Assembly (NCBI GenBank): GCA_002730855.1 | Contig: PCBA01000046.1 | Location: forward strand, 1-62,784 | Source: Gammaproteobacteria bacterium | Lineage (GTDB): Bacteria > Pseudomonadota > Gammaproteobacteria > Magnimaribacterales > Magnimaribacteraceae | Reading direction: 5' to 3' | DNA: 62,784 nt | Shown: positions 21,243-31,528 of the stretch, piece after piece | Numbering within the stretch: position 1 is the first letter of the stretch | Layout of the letters: each line of letters opens with the position of its first letter | Translations under genes and position numbers: made by a program | Notes under the pieces: generated by a model | Databases searched by the model: none | Told to the model about the DNA's origin: nothing | What the model saw: the letters and a program-made list of their open reading frames with translations, nothing else

Positions 21243-22081
21243 TGTTGAAGGGAATTCTGCACTTATTTCTTACTAAAATTATTGGTCGATTGGCTAATTC
21301 TAAAATTTGGATCATTAAGAGCTTCCTCATCAAAGCTTTTATTTATCTTTATAAACCAAACTTAGAAGAATCTCTTTTTTCAGATAACGTTTCTTTCCCA
21401 ACTTATAACTCTTTCTTTACAAGAACTTTAAAAAAAGAGGTGAGACCGATAGAAAAATCCATTTCTTCTATAATTTCACCCGTAGATGGAGAAATAATTG
21501 ATTTTGGCCACTTGACAGAAGGGAACCTCATTCAGGCAAAAAAATACAATTACCCATTACATGAATTGATTGGAGATTATTCTAAGAAACTAAACTACTC
21601 AAATTCCTATTTCATAACAATTTATCTAGCACCAACTGACTATCACCGGATTCATTGCCCTTACGAAGGAAAAATAATTTCTACTCAGCATCTAGGTAAA
21701 AACCTATTTAGTGTGAATCAAAGGTCTCAAGAGAAAATTCCTAACCTGTATATTAAAAATGAGAGAGCTGTAATGAAGATAGAAAACAATTATTTATCCT
21801 ACTTCCTTATATCTGTGGGGGCTTCCATAGTTGGGAGTGTTGTGCCGTTTTGGTTTCAAGAAGCACATAACTCTAGAAAAAAACTGATACACGAATGGAA
21901 CAAAGGGCCAAAAGATAACCAAAAGGCCATTTTAAAAGGTCAAGAAATTGCTCATTTTAAAATGGGCTCTACAGTTATCTTGTTATTTGAGGATGCATCT
22001 AGATTAGATTTAAATTCCTTGACCGATAATAAGTCTGTAAAATTTGGTAGTAAATTAATCGAATTAAGGAATTTAAATTAG
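21239..22081 (+). CDS. psd: Phosphatidylserine decarboxylase proenzyme
   Basis: YHRIHCP motif and a self-cleavage G-S-T site in FKMGSTVILLF. Confidence 0.88.
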   Translation: MMLKGILHLFLTKIIGRLANSKIWIIKSFLIKAFIYLYKPNLEESLFSDNVSFPTYNSFFTRTLKKEVRPIEKSISSIISPVDGEIIDFGHLTEGNLIQAKKYNYPLHELIGDYSKKLNYSNSYFITIYLAPTDYHRIHCPYEGKIISTQHLGKNLFSVNQRSQEKIPNLYIKNERAVMKIENNYLSYFLISVGASIVGSVVPFWFQEAHNSRKKLIHEWNKGPKDNQKAILKGQEIAHFKMGSTVILLFEDASRLDLNSLTDNKSVKFGSKLIELRNLN

Positions 22082-22089
22082 GAAGACCT

Positions 22090-22653
22090 TTGGTAACTTA
22101 TTCAACTAGCGATTTTAAAGTAGGACTTAAGATTATTATCGACAAAGATCCCTGTGTGATTATAGAAGAAGAATTTAATAAGCCCGGTAAGGGCCAGGCT
22201 TTCAATAAGATAAAGTATAGAAATTATTTGACGGGAAGGGTTGGCGAAAAAACATGTAAGGTAGGCGAGTCTCTGGAAGCAGCCGATGTTGAAGAATTAG
22301 AAATGCAATTTCTCTACTCCGACGGAAGTGCTTGGTTTTTTATGCACCCAGTTACTTATGATCAAATACCTGTTTCAACACAGATTGTTGGTGAATTAGA
22401 TCAATGGGTAACAGAGGAAGATATCTGTAAAGTTCTGCTGTGGAATGAAAAGCCTATTTTGGTTATACCCCCTAATTTTGTAGATCTAATTGTCCTGAAT
22501 ACCGATCCTGGGGTTAAAGGAGATACAGCTACCGGAGGAAGTAAACCTGCGACTCTATCCACTGGGGCAATTATTAAAGTCCCTCTCTTCGTATCTGAAG
22601 GAGAGACTGTAACTGTAGATACCAGGAATGGTGAATATCAAGGCAGAAAATGA
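22090..22653 (+). CDS. efp: Elongation factor P
   Basis: Collinear with E. coli EF-P (SDFKVGLKI..KPGKGQAF..GDTATGGSKPATLSTGA..VDTRNGEY). Modified residue is Lys in PGKG. TTG start. Confidence 0.93.
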   Translation: MVTYSTSDFKVGLKIIIDKDPCVIIEEEFNKPGKGQAFNKIKYRNYLTGRVGEKTCKVGESLEAADVEELEMQFLYSDGSAWFFMHPVTYDQIPVSTQIVGELDQWVTEEDICKVLLWNEKPILVIPPNFVDLIVLNTDPGVKGDTATGGSKPATLSTGAIIKVPLFVSEGETVTVDTRNGEYQGRK

Positions 22654-22663
22654 GATTCCTGAA

Positions 22664-24415
22664 ATGCAGCAACAAATAATTGAAAAACTAAAAAAAATCT
22701 TGACCGACCTCTATTCAGAATCGGGTACTGACTTAAATGAAAAAGAAATAAGATTACAAGAAAATAAAAATAAAGAGCATGGGGACTATGCAAGCAATAT
22801 AGCTATGGTTATTGCAAAAGATCTCTCTGAAGACCCAAAAATTGTAGCCAAAAGAATCTCTAACAATTTTCCAATAGACGATCAAATAATAAAAGTAGAG
22901 GTTGCTGGACCTGGATTTATCAATTTCTTCATTGCCGCGAGCACTCATGGAGAGGTTCTTAACCTGATAGATTCCAAAAAGGCAAGCTATGGTAGAAGCG
23001 ATGATAGTATGGGGAAAGTTCTAATTGAATATGTTTCTAGTAACCCTACTGGACCTCTTCATGTCGGTCATGGCAGAGGTGCGGTCTTTGGATCAGTTCT
23101 AGCTAAACTTCTAACTGTGGTAGGTTATGAAGTTGATGAAGAATATTATGTAAATGATTATGGAAGGCAAATGAATATACTTGCCGTTAGTGTTTGGGTT
23201 AGATACCTTCAAATTTCACATAAGGACCTTGCAATGACTCCTAAGGGGTATCAAGGGGATTATGTTAAATCAATAGCGAAAGATCTAAAAAAAGAAGAAA
23301 AAGAAAAATATTTACTAAATGAAAATAACCATAAAAAGATAATAAAGATTCTTTCAAAGCAAGAAGAAGAAAGTGATATAGATCTTTTAATAAGTTTCAT
23401 GCGAGAAGTCCTTAACAAAGGTTCTTTAGAAATTAGATCCTTTTCTTTAGACAAAATGCTTAAAATTATTAAATCTGATTTAAAAAGCTTTGGAGTCGAA
23501 CACAATCTCTGGTTCTTTGAGTCTTCTTTGCACAAAGAACAAAAAACAAAAAAAAGTGATACAGATGAGGCTATAAGCCTACTTCAATCAGAAGGCTTCG
23601 TTTATGAAGAGGAAGGGGCGATGTGGTTCAAATCATCTGACTTTAGAGATGATAAAGACCGTGTCTTAAAAAGAAGCAATGGTGAACATACTTATTTTTC
23701 TTCAGATGTTGCTTATCATTATGACAAGTACAAAAGGTCTTACGATAGAATTATCAATGTCTGGGGTTCAGATCATCACGGGTATCTGCCTAGAGTAAAC
23801 GCAGCAATGAAAGCTATAGGGATGGATGTAAACAAACTGGAAGTTGTTTTTATACAGTTTGTTAACTTATTAAGAAATGGAGAAAAAATACCCATGTCTA
23901 CAAGAAGTGGTGAATTTATAACTTTAAAAGAGCTTGTTGATGAAGTAACTGCGGAAGCAGCTAGATTTTTTTATATAAACAGAAAGTCTGATCAGCATTT
24001 AGATTTTGATCTTAGTCTTGCTAAGGAACAGTCCAAAGACAACCCCCTTTATTACGTCCAGTATGCTCATGCCAGAATATGCAGTGTGTTTAAAAAGCAT
24101 GAATCTGTATCGAAAGATATTCCTACAAATCCAGATACATCCTTGCTTACTTCTGAGAAAGAGATAGAGATACAAAAACTATTAGCAACCTACCCTGCTG
24201 TCCTCGAAAGAGCTGCGAAATTAAGTGAGCCTCATTTAATTTGCTACTACCTCAAAGATTTAGCTACTCTTTTTCATAGTTATTACAACAATGAAAAATT
24301 TTTAATTGAAGACGAAAAACTTATGTCAGCGAGAATATTCCTTCTAAAAGGAATCAAGCAGGTGATCTTTAATGGATTAGAAATACTAGGAATTAATTCT
24401 CCAGAGCAAATGTAA
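22664..24415 (+). CDS. argS: Arginine--tRNA ligase
   Basis: SSNPTGPLHVGHGR (HIGH) and MSTRSG (KMSKS-like) motifs. The ATG at 22664 lies just past the efp stop. The ORF-track start at 22628 would overlap efp. Confidence 0.92.
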   Translation: MQQQIIEKLKKILTDLYSESGTDLNEKEIRLQENKNKEHGDYASNIAMVIAKDLSEDPKIVAKRISNNFPIDDQIIKVEVAGPGFINFFIAASTHGEVLNLIDSKKASYGRSDDSMGKVLIEYVSSNPTGPLHVGHGRGAVFGSVLAKLLTVVGYEVDEEYYVNDYGRQMNILAVSVWVRYLQISHKDLAMTPKGYQGDYVKSIAKDLKKEEKEKYLLNENNHKKIIKILSKQEEESDIDLLISFMREVLNKGSLEIRSFSLDKMLKIIKSDLKSFGVEHNLWFFESSLHKEQKTKKSDTDEAISLLQSEGFVYEEEGAMWFKSSDFRDDKDRVLKRSNGEHTYFSSDVAYHYDKYKRSYDRIINVWGSDHHGYLPRVNAAMKAIGMDVNKLEVVFIQFVNLLRNGEKIPMSTRSGEFITLKELVDEVTAEAARFFYINRKSDQHLDFDLSLAKEQSKDNPLYYVQYAHARICSVFKKHESVSKDIPTNPDTSLLTSEKEIEIQKLLATYPAVLERAAKLSEPHLICYYLKDLATLFHSYYNNEKFLIEDEKLMSARIFLLKGIKQVIFNGLEILGINSPEQM

Positions 24416-24421
24416 AAAACA

Positions 24422-25096
24422 GTGCTCCATAATAATATTCACCAAGTAATAAAAGAAATAAACGAAGCCTGCTTTGAAATTGGCCGTAATCCAAGTGAAA
24501 TTACTTTAATGGGTGCTAGTAAATCTCAATCCATAAGAAACATAGAAGATGCCTATAATAATGGCGTAGCTCATTTCGGAGAAAACTACTTACAAGAAGC
24601 AGAAAAAAAAATTAATGCCATAGATAAGGATATTGTTTGGCATTTTATAGGTGCCATACAGTCTAGAAAGACAAAAAAAATTGCTCAGCTTTTTGATTGG
24701 GTGCATACAGTAGATAGCCTTAAAGTAGCTCAAAGGCTAGATAATGAGAGACCGACATCAAAAGGAAAATTAAATATTTGCATCCAAGTTAATATAGACA
24801 AAGAAGCAAGTAAATCTGGCGTAAATGAGAATGAGTTATCATTCTTATTAGAAGAACTTGTTAAGCTTGAAAAAATACAAGTAAGAGGTTTAATGATAAT
24901 TCCTAAACCCAGAAGTTCTAAAGAAGAACAAATTGCTGTCTTTAATAGACTAAGAAATATATTAGAATCACATAAAAATAATTTTTCTGATCTTGATACG
25001 CTTTCAATGGGTATGTCTTCTGATTATTTATCTGCTATAAAAGAAGGCGCTACAATACTTAGAATAGGAACAGGGATATTTGGTGAGAGAGCATGA
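24422..25096 (+). CDS. yggS: PLP-homeostasis protein YggS (alanine-racemase N-domain fold)
   Basis: 224 aa. MGASKSQS (PLP lysine) ..HFIGAIQSRKTK..LSMGMSSDY. GTG start. yggS-proC-yggT synteny. Confidence 0.88.
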   Translation: MLHNNIHQVIKEINEACFEIGRNPSEITLMGASKSQSIRNIEDAYNNGVAHFGENYLQEAEKKINAIDKDIVWHFIGAIQSRKTKKIAQLFDWVHTVDSLKVAQRLDNERPTSKGKLNICIQVNIDKEASKSGVNENELSFLLEELVKLEKIQVRGLMIIPKPRSSKEEQIAVFNRLRNILESHKNNFSDLDTLSMGMSSDYLSAIKEGATILRIGTGIFGERA

Positions 25097-25911
25097 TTGA
25101 TGAAATAGAAAAAATAGGTTTTATTGGTGCAGGCAATATGGCGTCTGCCCTCATATCGGGCTTAATCAATAATGGGATCCCTCCAGCGGGTATTATGGCC
25201 AGCTCTCCTGAAGAGGATCACCTAAAGAATTTAACTGATAATTATGGAATTAAAACAACGAATAAAAATAAAGAAATAATTAATGAAAGTGAAATAATAA
25301 TTCTTGCAGTCAAACCCAATATTCTTGAGTCTGTACTAACGGAAGTCAATTCACTTATTTCCTTTAACAAGCACCTAATAATATCTATTGCTGCAGGATG
25401 TAAGATTACAGATATAGAATCAAAATTTTCCTCTAAGCAGAGAATCATAAGGGCTATGCCCAATACTCCTGCCAGCATAAAGGAAGGAATTACTGCAATT
25501 ACTTTAAATAAACAGGCAACTCAGAAGGATAAGCAAAACGCAGAAAAGCTATTTAGCTGTGTTGGAGAAGTACTCTCTATAAATGAAAAAGATATGGACG
25601 CTTACACCGCCCTTATTGGATCTGGACCAGCATATGTATTTTATTTTATTGAATCTTTGTTGGAATCTTGCAACCAAATAGATTTAGATGAAACCACTAA
25701 GAAAAATATGATTACTTCCATGATTTCTGGATCTGCTAACTTAGCAAGGAAAAGTGAAGACACTCCAGAGACTCTTAGAAAGAAAGTAACTTCGCCCGGC
25801 GGAGTAACCCAAAGGGCAATAGAGGAATTTGAAACCCAAGAAATGAAGAAGATAATTGTAAAGGCTATAAAAGAAGCAACTGTTAAATCCAAAGAATTAG
25901 GAGAAAATTGA
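25093..25911 (+). CDS. proC: Pyrroline-5-carboxylate reductase
   Basis: IGFIGAGNMASALI Rossmann fold and a C-terminal VTSPGGVTQRAI motif. Confidence 0.92.
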   Translation: MIDEIEKIGFIGAGNMASALISGLINNGIPPAGIMASSPEEDHLKNLTDNYGIKTTNKNKEIINESEIIILAVKPNILESVLTEVNSLISFNKHLIISIAAGCKITDIESKFSSKQRIIRAMPNTPASIKEGITAITLNKQATQKDKQNAEKLFSCVGEVLSINEKDMDAYTALIGSGPAYVFYFIESLLESCNQIDLDETTKKNMITSMISGSANLARKSEDTPETLRKKVTSPGGVTQRAIEEFETQEMKKIIVKAIKEATVKSKELGEN

Positions 25912-25912
25912 T

Positions 25913-26488
25913 ATGTCAGAAGCTACTTTTTATTTGTTTAAAGCTTTGATGGACATATTTACCATAGGAGTGGTTTTTAACTTCTTTTTTAGACTTCTTA
26001 AAGTCGACTACTATAACCCTCTTGTTCAAGGAATCATTAAAGCTGTAGACTTTCCCAGTCAAATATTGAGATCTTTTATAAAGCCAATTTATAGCCTTGA
26101 TTTATCTGTTTTATTAGTTGCTGTGTTAATACAATCTGGAGCCTTTTATTTAGCTTCGATGGCGGGATCAATAGAATATGAACCTATCAAGATATTGATA
26201 TGGTCTGTCTATTCTGTAGTTCTCTTAATGCTAAAAATGGCTTGGTGGATTATGCTCGGAGGAATAATCTTTAGTTGGTTAGCAAATAGCAATAATCACC
26301 CGGCAATTGTCCTTATTCGTCAAATGTCAGATCAATTTTTTAAACCTTTTAGGGTGTTTTTGCCCCCTATGGGAGGACTAGATTTCTCGCCTATATTTGC
26401 TTTCATAGCGCTAAATTTTTTCCAGGTTGCTTTTATTCAGTTTGCAATAGATTCTGGGTTGCCTGTCTGGCTTTCGGTTGGCTTCTAA
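25913..26488 (+). CDS. yggT: YggT-family membrane protein
   Basis: 191 aa duplicated YggT-type TM protein in the conserved position after proC. Confidence 0.8.
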   Translation: MSEATFYLFKALMDIFTIGVVFNFFFRLLKVDYYNPLVQGIIKAVDFPSQILRSFIKPIYSLDLSVLLVAVLIQSGAFYLASMAGSIEYEPIKILIWSVYSVVLLMLKMAWWIMLGGIIFSWLANSNNHPAIVLIRQMSDQFFKPFRVFLPPMGGLDFSPIFAFIALNFFQVAFIQFAIDSGLPVWLSVGF

Positions 26489-26513
26489 ATAAACTTTCAA
26501 TATAATTGTTCTT

Positions 26514-26562
26514 TCGCCGATTTGAGATAGCTTGCGGGCGTTTAATTGAAATACAGCTAATG
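26514..26562 (+). promoter_or_regulatory. Candidate SAM-II-class riboswitch aptamer (H-type pseudoknot) in the metX leader
   Basis: P1 pairs CGCC 26515-26518 with GGCG 26537-26540. L1 is GAUUUGAGA. The loop UAGCU 26528-26532 pairs with the downstream AGCUA 26555-26559. The CGAUUU...AGCUU...AGCUA arrangement resembles the SAM-II consensus as I recall it, and the gene context (metX) fits. Confidence 0.5.
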
Positions 26563-26571
26563 CATTAGATT

Positions 26572-26604
26572 AAACCTGTTCAGCTTAAGCAAACAGGTTT
26601 TTTT
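26572..26604 (+). terminator. Intrinsic terminator/attenuator hairpin ending at the metX ATG
   Basis: AAACCTGTT 26572-26580 pairs perfectly with AACAGGTTT 26592-26600 across an 11-nt loop. A run of 7 T (26598-26604) leads straight into the ATG at 26605. Confidence 0.7.
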
Positions 26605-27717
26605 ATGAACAAAGGGATAGGGATAGTTGAAGAAAAGAGCATAAGCTTACAAGGGAGCTTATTGCTTGAGTCTGGTCAAACTCTTAATAATATTGAGTTA
26701 GTTTATGAAACTTATGGCGAGCTAAATTCTGATGCCTCTAATGCTATTCTTATCTGTCATGCCCTAAGCGGAAACCATCATGCTGCCGGTGTTTATCAAG
26801 ATGAAAAAGAGAGACCTGGATGGTGGGACGCTCTAATAGGACCAGGAAAGGCAATTAATACTGATAAATACTTTGTTGTATGTCCTAACAACATAGGAGG
26901 GTGTCATGGTTCAACCGGCCCCTCTTCTCTCAACGCTGAAACAAATGAAATCTATGGACCAGATTTTCCTGTGATCACTGTTAAGGATTGGGTTAACAGT
27001 CAAGCTAAGTTGGCAGATCAATTAAATATAAAAATCTGGCACGCCGTTATTGGGGGAAGTCTTGGGGGTATGCAGGCACTTAAATGGAGTCAAATGTTCC
27101 CTGATAGAATTTCTAAGGCCGGAGTAATAGCGGCTGCCCCCAAGCTTAGTGCTCAAAATATTGCTTTCAACGAAGTTGCTAGACAAGCCATTATTACAGA
27201 CCCTGATTTTCAGGCAGGTAATTACTTAAAGGCAGGAACCTCTCCTAAGAGAGGCCTTAGACTCGCGAGAATGGTAGGACACATAACTTATTTGTCAGAA
27301 GAAGCCATGAGAACAAAATTTGGCAGAGAGCTTAAAGAAGGGAAATTAAACTTTGGCTTTGAAGTAGAATTTGAAGTTGAAAGTTACCTCAGACATCAAG
27401 GAGATGTATTCTCAGAGTCCTTTGATGCAAACACATACCTTCTCATGACAAAATTATTAGACTATTTTGATCCTGCAGATGAGTTTAATGGAGATTTGGT
27501 TAAAGCCTTTGAACCAATTAAAGCAAAAATAATGGTAATTTCATTTACAAGCGATTGGAGATTCTCGCCTGAAAGATCTAAAGAAATTGTAAATGCTTTA
27601 TTGGCAGCAGAAAAAGAAACAACTTATCTTGAAATTAAATCAGCTCATGGCCATGATTCTTTTCTTTTCGCTGAAGAGAGATATGCGAAGGGCCTATCAG
27701 CATTCTTGGATAATTAA
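26605..27717 (+). CDS. metX: Homoserine O-acyl(acetyl/succinyl)transferase MetX
   Basis: Alpha/beta-hydrolase MetX pattern ([36 protein letters not shown]). Followed by metW. Confidence 0.92.
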   Translation: MNKGIGIVEEKSISLQGSLLLESGQTLNNIELVYETYGELNSDASNAILICHALSGNHHAAGVYQDEKERPGWWDALIGPGKAINTDKYFVVCPNNIGGCHGSTGPSSLNAETNEIYGPDFPVITVKDWVNSQAKLADQLNIKIWHAVIGGSLGGMQALKWSQMFPDRISKAGVIAAAPKLSAQNIAFNEVARQAIITDPDFQAGNYLKAGTSPKRGLRLARMVGHITYLSEEAMRTKFGRELKEGKLNFGFEVEFEVESYLRHQGDVFSESFDANTYLLMTKLLDYFDPADEFNGDLVKAFEPIKAKIMVISFTSDWRFSPERSKEIVNALLAAEKETTYLEIKSAHGHDSFLFAEERYAKGLSAFLDN

Positions 27718-28305
27718 ATGAATACTCTAGATATTATTAATAATTGGGTAAAGAAAGATTCTAAAGTATTAGATCTGGGGTGTGGAGGTGGAGAAATCTT
27801 AGTTGAGTTAGGATCTGCTAAAAATATTAAAGCTATGGGGGTTGAAATAGACTCTGAAAAAATAAATATATGTATTGCTAATGGAATTAATGTAATAGAG
27901 CAGAATATAGACGAAGGGTTGCATAATTTTAGTGATCATAGTTTTGATGTAGTGATAATGAGTCAGACTATTCAAGTATTAAAAGACCCAAAAAAAGCAT
28001 TAGAGGAAATTACCAGGATTGGCTCTGACTGTATAGTTACAATCCCTAATTTTGGTCATTGGAAAACTAGGTTATATCTTTTGTTAACAGGAAGGATGCC
28101 TGTTACAAGCTCTTTGCCTGATAATTGGCACGACACCCCAAACATTCACCTTTGCACACTTAAAGATTTTGAATTGCTGTGCCTAGAGTCAACAATATCT
28201 ATTAATGGAAAAATTGGTTTCAATTCATCTGGCAATTCGAACATATTCACGAGAATCTTTCCTAATCTTCTTTGTGCTTCAGCAATATATAAAATTTCTA
28301 AGTGA
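27718..28305 (+). CDS. metW: Methionine biosynthesis protein MetW
   Basis: 195 aa. SAM-MTase-like VLDLGCGGGEIL and the conserved MetW C-terminus (IPNFGHWK..GRMP..WHDTPNIH). Confidence 0.9.
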   Translation: MNTLDIINNWVKKDSKVLDLGCGGGEILVELGSAKNIKAMGVEIDSEKINICIANGINVIEQNIDEGLHNFSDHSFDVVIMSQTIQVLKDPKKALEEITRIGSDCIVTIPNFGHWKTRLYLLLTGRMPVTSSLPDNWHDTPNIHLCTLKDFELLCLESTISINGKIGFNSSGNSNIFTRIFPNLLCASAIYKISK

Positions 28306-28886
28306 AAATTATCATTGCCTCAAAAAATAAAGGTAAATTGACAGAGTTTCAACAACTCGCTACAGGCACAAAGTTAGAATTCATTCCCATTCCAGAGGAA
28401 AAATTAGAAATACCTGAAGAGTCTGGTTCAACTTTTAGAGAAAATGCACTCATCAAGGCTAAATTTGTTTCAGAATATTTCAGTTTGCCTGCCCTCGCAG
28501 ATGATTCTGGCCTAGAAGTAGATGCTTTAAATGGTAACCCCGGAATTTATTCTGCAAGATATTCTTCTCAAAAGACAGATCAAGCTAATTGTGAAAAACT
28601 TTTAGAGAATATGCGGGGATTAAATAAAAAAGAAAGATCTGCTAGGTTTAGATGCTGTCTATTAGGCTACAATCAAGGAAAGATTGTTTCTTCTGAAGGG
28701 ACTCTCGAAGGAGAAATAGCAGTAGACTTTAGAGGAGAAAAAGGCTTTGGATATGATCCAATTTTTCTCTTACCAAAGTTGGGGCTCCATTTAGCTGAAC
28801 TTGATAAAGACGAAAAGAACAAGATAAGTCATCGCTCTGAGGCTTTTAAAGAAATCAATGACAAGTTGCATTCTTTATTTAATTAA
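28302..28886 (+). CDS. rdgB: Non-canonical purine NTP pyrophosphatase (RdgB/HAM1)
   Basis: IIASKNKGK..DDSGLEVDALNGNPGIYSARY..GFGYDPIF..SHR are HAM1 motifs. Confidence 0.9.
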   Translation: MKIIIASKNKGKLTEFQQLATGTKLEFIPIPEEKLEIPEESGSTFRENALIKAKFVSEYFSLPALADDSGLEVDALNGNPGIYSARYSSQKTDQANCEKLLENMRGLNKKERSARFRCCLLGYNQGKIVSSEGTLEGEIAVDFRGEKGFGYDPIFLLPKLGLHLAELDKDEKNKISHRSEAFKEINDKLHSLFN

Positions 28887-29544
28887 TCTTTTTTTCAATT
28901 ATCTTGTGCAAAGGTCTGTTTGCTAGCAATGCCTTCTTTTCAAAAGAAGTAGGAGGAATGTTCCTAAGATGTGTATCAAGCTCATCCTCTTTTGCCGAAA
29001 TCCAGTTGGGATCCTCTTTAAACAAGCTATTTACTTCTGCGGCATAATCATTCCAATCACTTTTAAAGTAAAAAATTCCACCAGGCTTTAATTTACTATT
29101 AATAACCTTTATAAAGTCTTTCTTTATTAGCCTTCTTTTGTGGTGCTTCCGTTTTGGCCATGGATCAGGGTAAAACATAATGATTTCATCAAAACTAGAA
29201 GGTAAAATATTTTTTCTTAAAAGATCTTCAGCGTCGTTATTGAATATCTTTATGTTCTCCAATCCAAGTTCGTTTGCTTTGCTTAAGACGGCCCCTATGC
29301 CTGATAAATAAACTTCTACTCCCAAAACACTAACTTCTCTCTTGTTTTCAGCAATATGCAATAAGGTTTCACCAGAACCAAACCCAATATCAAGAACGGA
29401 GTGTTTGTCTTTCAAAAATTGATTGATTTCAGAAATATCTTCAATAACAAACTTGTTCCAAAGGGAATCTAATGCTTCTTTTTGATTTTGGGTAATTCTA
29501 CCCTGCCGAAGTACAAAACTTTTTGGTTTTTTATGCAAGCCCAC
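28879..29544 (-). CDS. trmB: tRNA (guanine46-N7)-methyltransferase
   Basis: LDIGFGSGE and the FPDPWPKRKHHKRR-type motif (MFYPDPWPKRKHHKRRL). Confidence 0.9.
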   Translation of the reverse strand: MGLHKKPKSFVLRQGRITQNQKEALDSLWNKFVIEDISEINQFLKDKHSVLDIGFGSGETLLHIAENKREVSVLGVEVYLSGIGAVLSKANELGLENIKIFNNDAEDLLRKNILPSSFDEIIMFYPDPWPKRKHHKRRLIKKDFIKVINSKLKPGGIFYFKSDWNDYAAEVNSLFKEDPNWISAKEDELDTHLRNIPPTSFEKKALLANRPLHKIIEKKIN

Positions 29545-29545
29545 C

Positions 29546-30439
29546 TTACTGGCTAGAGGCCATAGACTGCTTTACTTTTTTCATGGCATTCTTCTCTATC
29601 TGCCTTACTCTTTCTGCTGAGATATTATATTTTTCAGCCAAATCATGAAGAGTTAGCTTTTCATCAGCTAGCCACCTGTCTTGTAGTATGTCTCTACTTC
29701 TGTCATCTAATTGATTAATGGCTTCATAGAGTTGAGATGTGTTTTCTTTGGTAAGAGATTCGCTTTCAAAAATATTAGATGGATCTGCTCCTTCATCCTC
29801 TAAATATTGAGAAGGCGCAAAAGAAGCCTCATCATCATCAGCTTCAGATAATGGATCAAACGACATGTCTGTTCCGCTTAGTCTTTTTTCCATTTCTCTA
29901 ACTTCTGAAGGTTTTACACCTAGATCTTTCGCTACTGACTCTATTTCTTCCTCAGTAAACCATTCAAGTCCTTTCTTTTTACTCCTTAAATTAAAAAATA
30001 ATTTGCGTTGCGCTTTTGTGGTTGCTATTTTCACTATTTTCCAATTTTTCAAAACGTATTCATGAATTTCTGCTTTAACCCAATGAACTGCAAAAGAAAC
30101 TACCCTTACTCCCATTTCTGGGTTAAATTTTCTTATTGCCTTCATTAAACCTATATTCCCTTCTTGAATTAAATCTGCCTCTGATAGGCCATAGCCTGAG
30201 TAAGTCTTAGCAATATAAATCACGAACCTTAGGTGTGCCAGAACCAGCTTTCTTGCTGCATCAAGATCATTTCTATAATATAAATCTTCAGCTAATTTTT
30301 TTTCTTCTTCCGGCGTTAATATACCTATACTATGAACAGAGTTAATGTAGGCCTGCAGGTCTCCCCCAGGTGTTAAAGCCTCCATTCCTTGAAGCGCTGT
30401 CCCTGGTTTTTCTTTAGTTTTTAGGTCCTTTTTAGGCAT
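29546..30439 (-). CDS. rpoH: RNA polymerase sigma-32 heat-shock factor
   Basis: Sigma-70 regions 2 and 4 plus the RpoH box ([15 protein letters not shown]). Confidence 0.93.
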   Translation of the reverse strand: MPKKDLKTKEKPGTALQGMEALTPGGDLQAYINSVHSIGILTPEEEKKLAEDLYYRNDLDAARKLVLAHLRFVIYIAKTYSGYGLSEADLIQEGNIGLMKAIRKFNPEMGVRVVSFAVHWVKAEIHEYVLKNWKIVKIATTKAQRKLFFNLRSKKKGLEWFTEEEIESVAKDLGVKPSEVREMEKRLSGTDMSFDPLSEADDDEASFAPSQYLEDEGADPSNIFESESLTKENTSQLYEAINQLDDRSRDILQDRWLADEKLTLHDLAEKYNISAERVRQIEKNAMKKVKQSMASSQ

Positions 30440-30565
30440 AATTTAGATGGATTTTACATTTTTAACTAATATTGATGCAAATTTAATCAATTTCCAATGT
30501 AAGCCACAAGCCCCTAACCTAAATCTGTTCCCATAAGATAATGACAAAAAACTATAATATAAGGT

Positions 30566-31528
30566 ATGAAAGCTATACAAATAATTGAAAATCAAGCTTC
30601 TTTGGCAGAAGCTGAAATGCCTAAATTAAGACCTAACGATATCCTTATTAAAATAAAGTCAACGGCAGTAAATAGAGCTGATCTTGCTCAAAAGAATGGC
30701 CTTTATCCACCCCCGCCGGGAGCAAGTGAAATTTTAGGTTTAGAGTGCAGTGGAATTGTTAAGTCAATAGGAGAAAATGTAACTTCTAGAAAAGTTGGAG
30801 ATGAAGTTTGTGCCCTTTTGGCAGGAGGCGGTTATGCTGAATATGTTGCCTGCCCAGAATTTCAAGCCATACCAAAACCTAAAAACCTTAACTGGGAAGA
30901 AGCCTCTGCACTGCCTGAAGTATATGCTACGTGTTGGTTAAATCTCTTTCTTGAAGGAGGACTTCAAAGCAATAACAAAATATTATTTCATGCTGGGGCT
31001 AGCGGTATAGGAACCGCAGGTATTCAACTTTGCAAGGCCTTTGACTGTGAAAGCTTTGTTTCAGCTGGAACTCAAGAAAAAGTAGACTTTTGTATAGCCC
31101 TAGGAGCTTCAGGAGGTACAGTTAGAGGTGACAACATGTTTGAAGAAATTAACAATTGGTCTCCTAATGGAGTTGATATTATCTTGGATCCAGTGGGTGC
31201 AAACTATTTTGAAGACAACTTAAAGTGTTTAGCTTTAGAGGGTAAATTGATAATCATTGGGTTAATGGGAGGAATTGAATCCAATATTAATTTAGGCCAT
31301 TTAATGATGAAAAGACAAAAAATTATAGGCTCAACTATTAGAGCAAGGAGTGAAGAACATAAAAAAATTATTATGCAAGACCTTCACAAAAAAGTTTGGC
31401 CTTTATTTGAATCTGGTAACTTAAAGCCAATCATACATAAGATCTTACCTATAGATGATGCTGAAAAGGCTCACAAAATAATGGAAGATAATTTAAATAT
31501 AGGAAAGTTAGTATTAAGTTTTAACTAG
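30566..31528 (+). CDS. NAD(P)H:quinone oxidoreductase (zeta-crystallin/PIG3-type MDR)
   Basis: 320 aa MDR without Zn ligands. ILFHAGASGIGTAGIQL nucleotide fold and GKLVL C-terminus. Confidence 0.8.
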   Translation: MKAIQIIENQASLAEAEMPKLRPNDILIKIKSTAVNRADLAQKNGLYPPPPGASEILGLECSGIVKSIGENVTSRKVGDEVCALLAGGGYAEYVACPEFQAIPKPKNLNWEEASALPEVYATCWLNLFLEGGLQSNNKILFHAGASGIGTAGIQLCKAFDCESFVSAGTQEKVDFCIALGASGGTVRGDNMFEEINNWSPNGVDIILDPVGANYFEDNLKCLALEGKLIIIGLMGGIESNINLGHLMMKRQKIIGSTIRARSEEHKKIIMQDLHKKVWPLFESGNLKPIIHKILPIDDAEKAHKIMEDNLNIGKLVLSFN

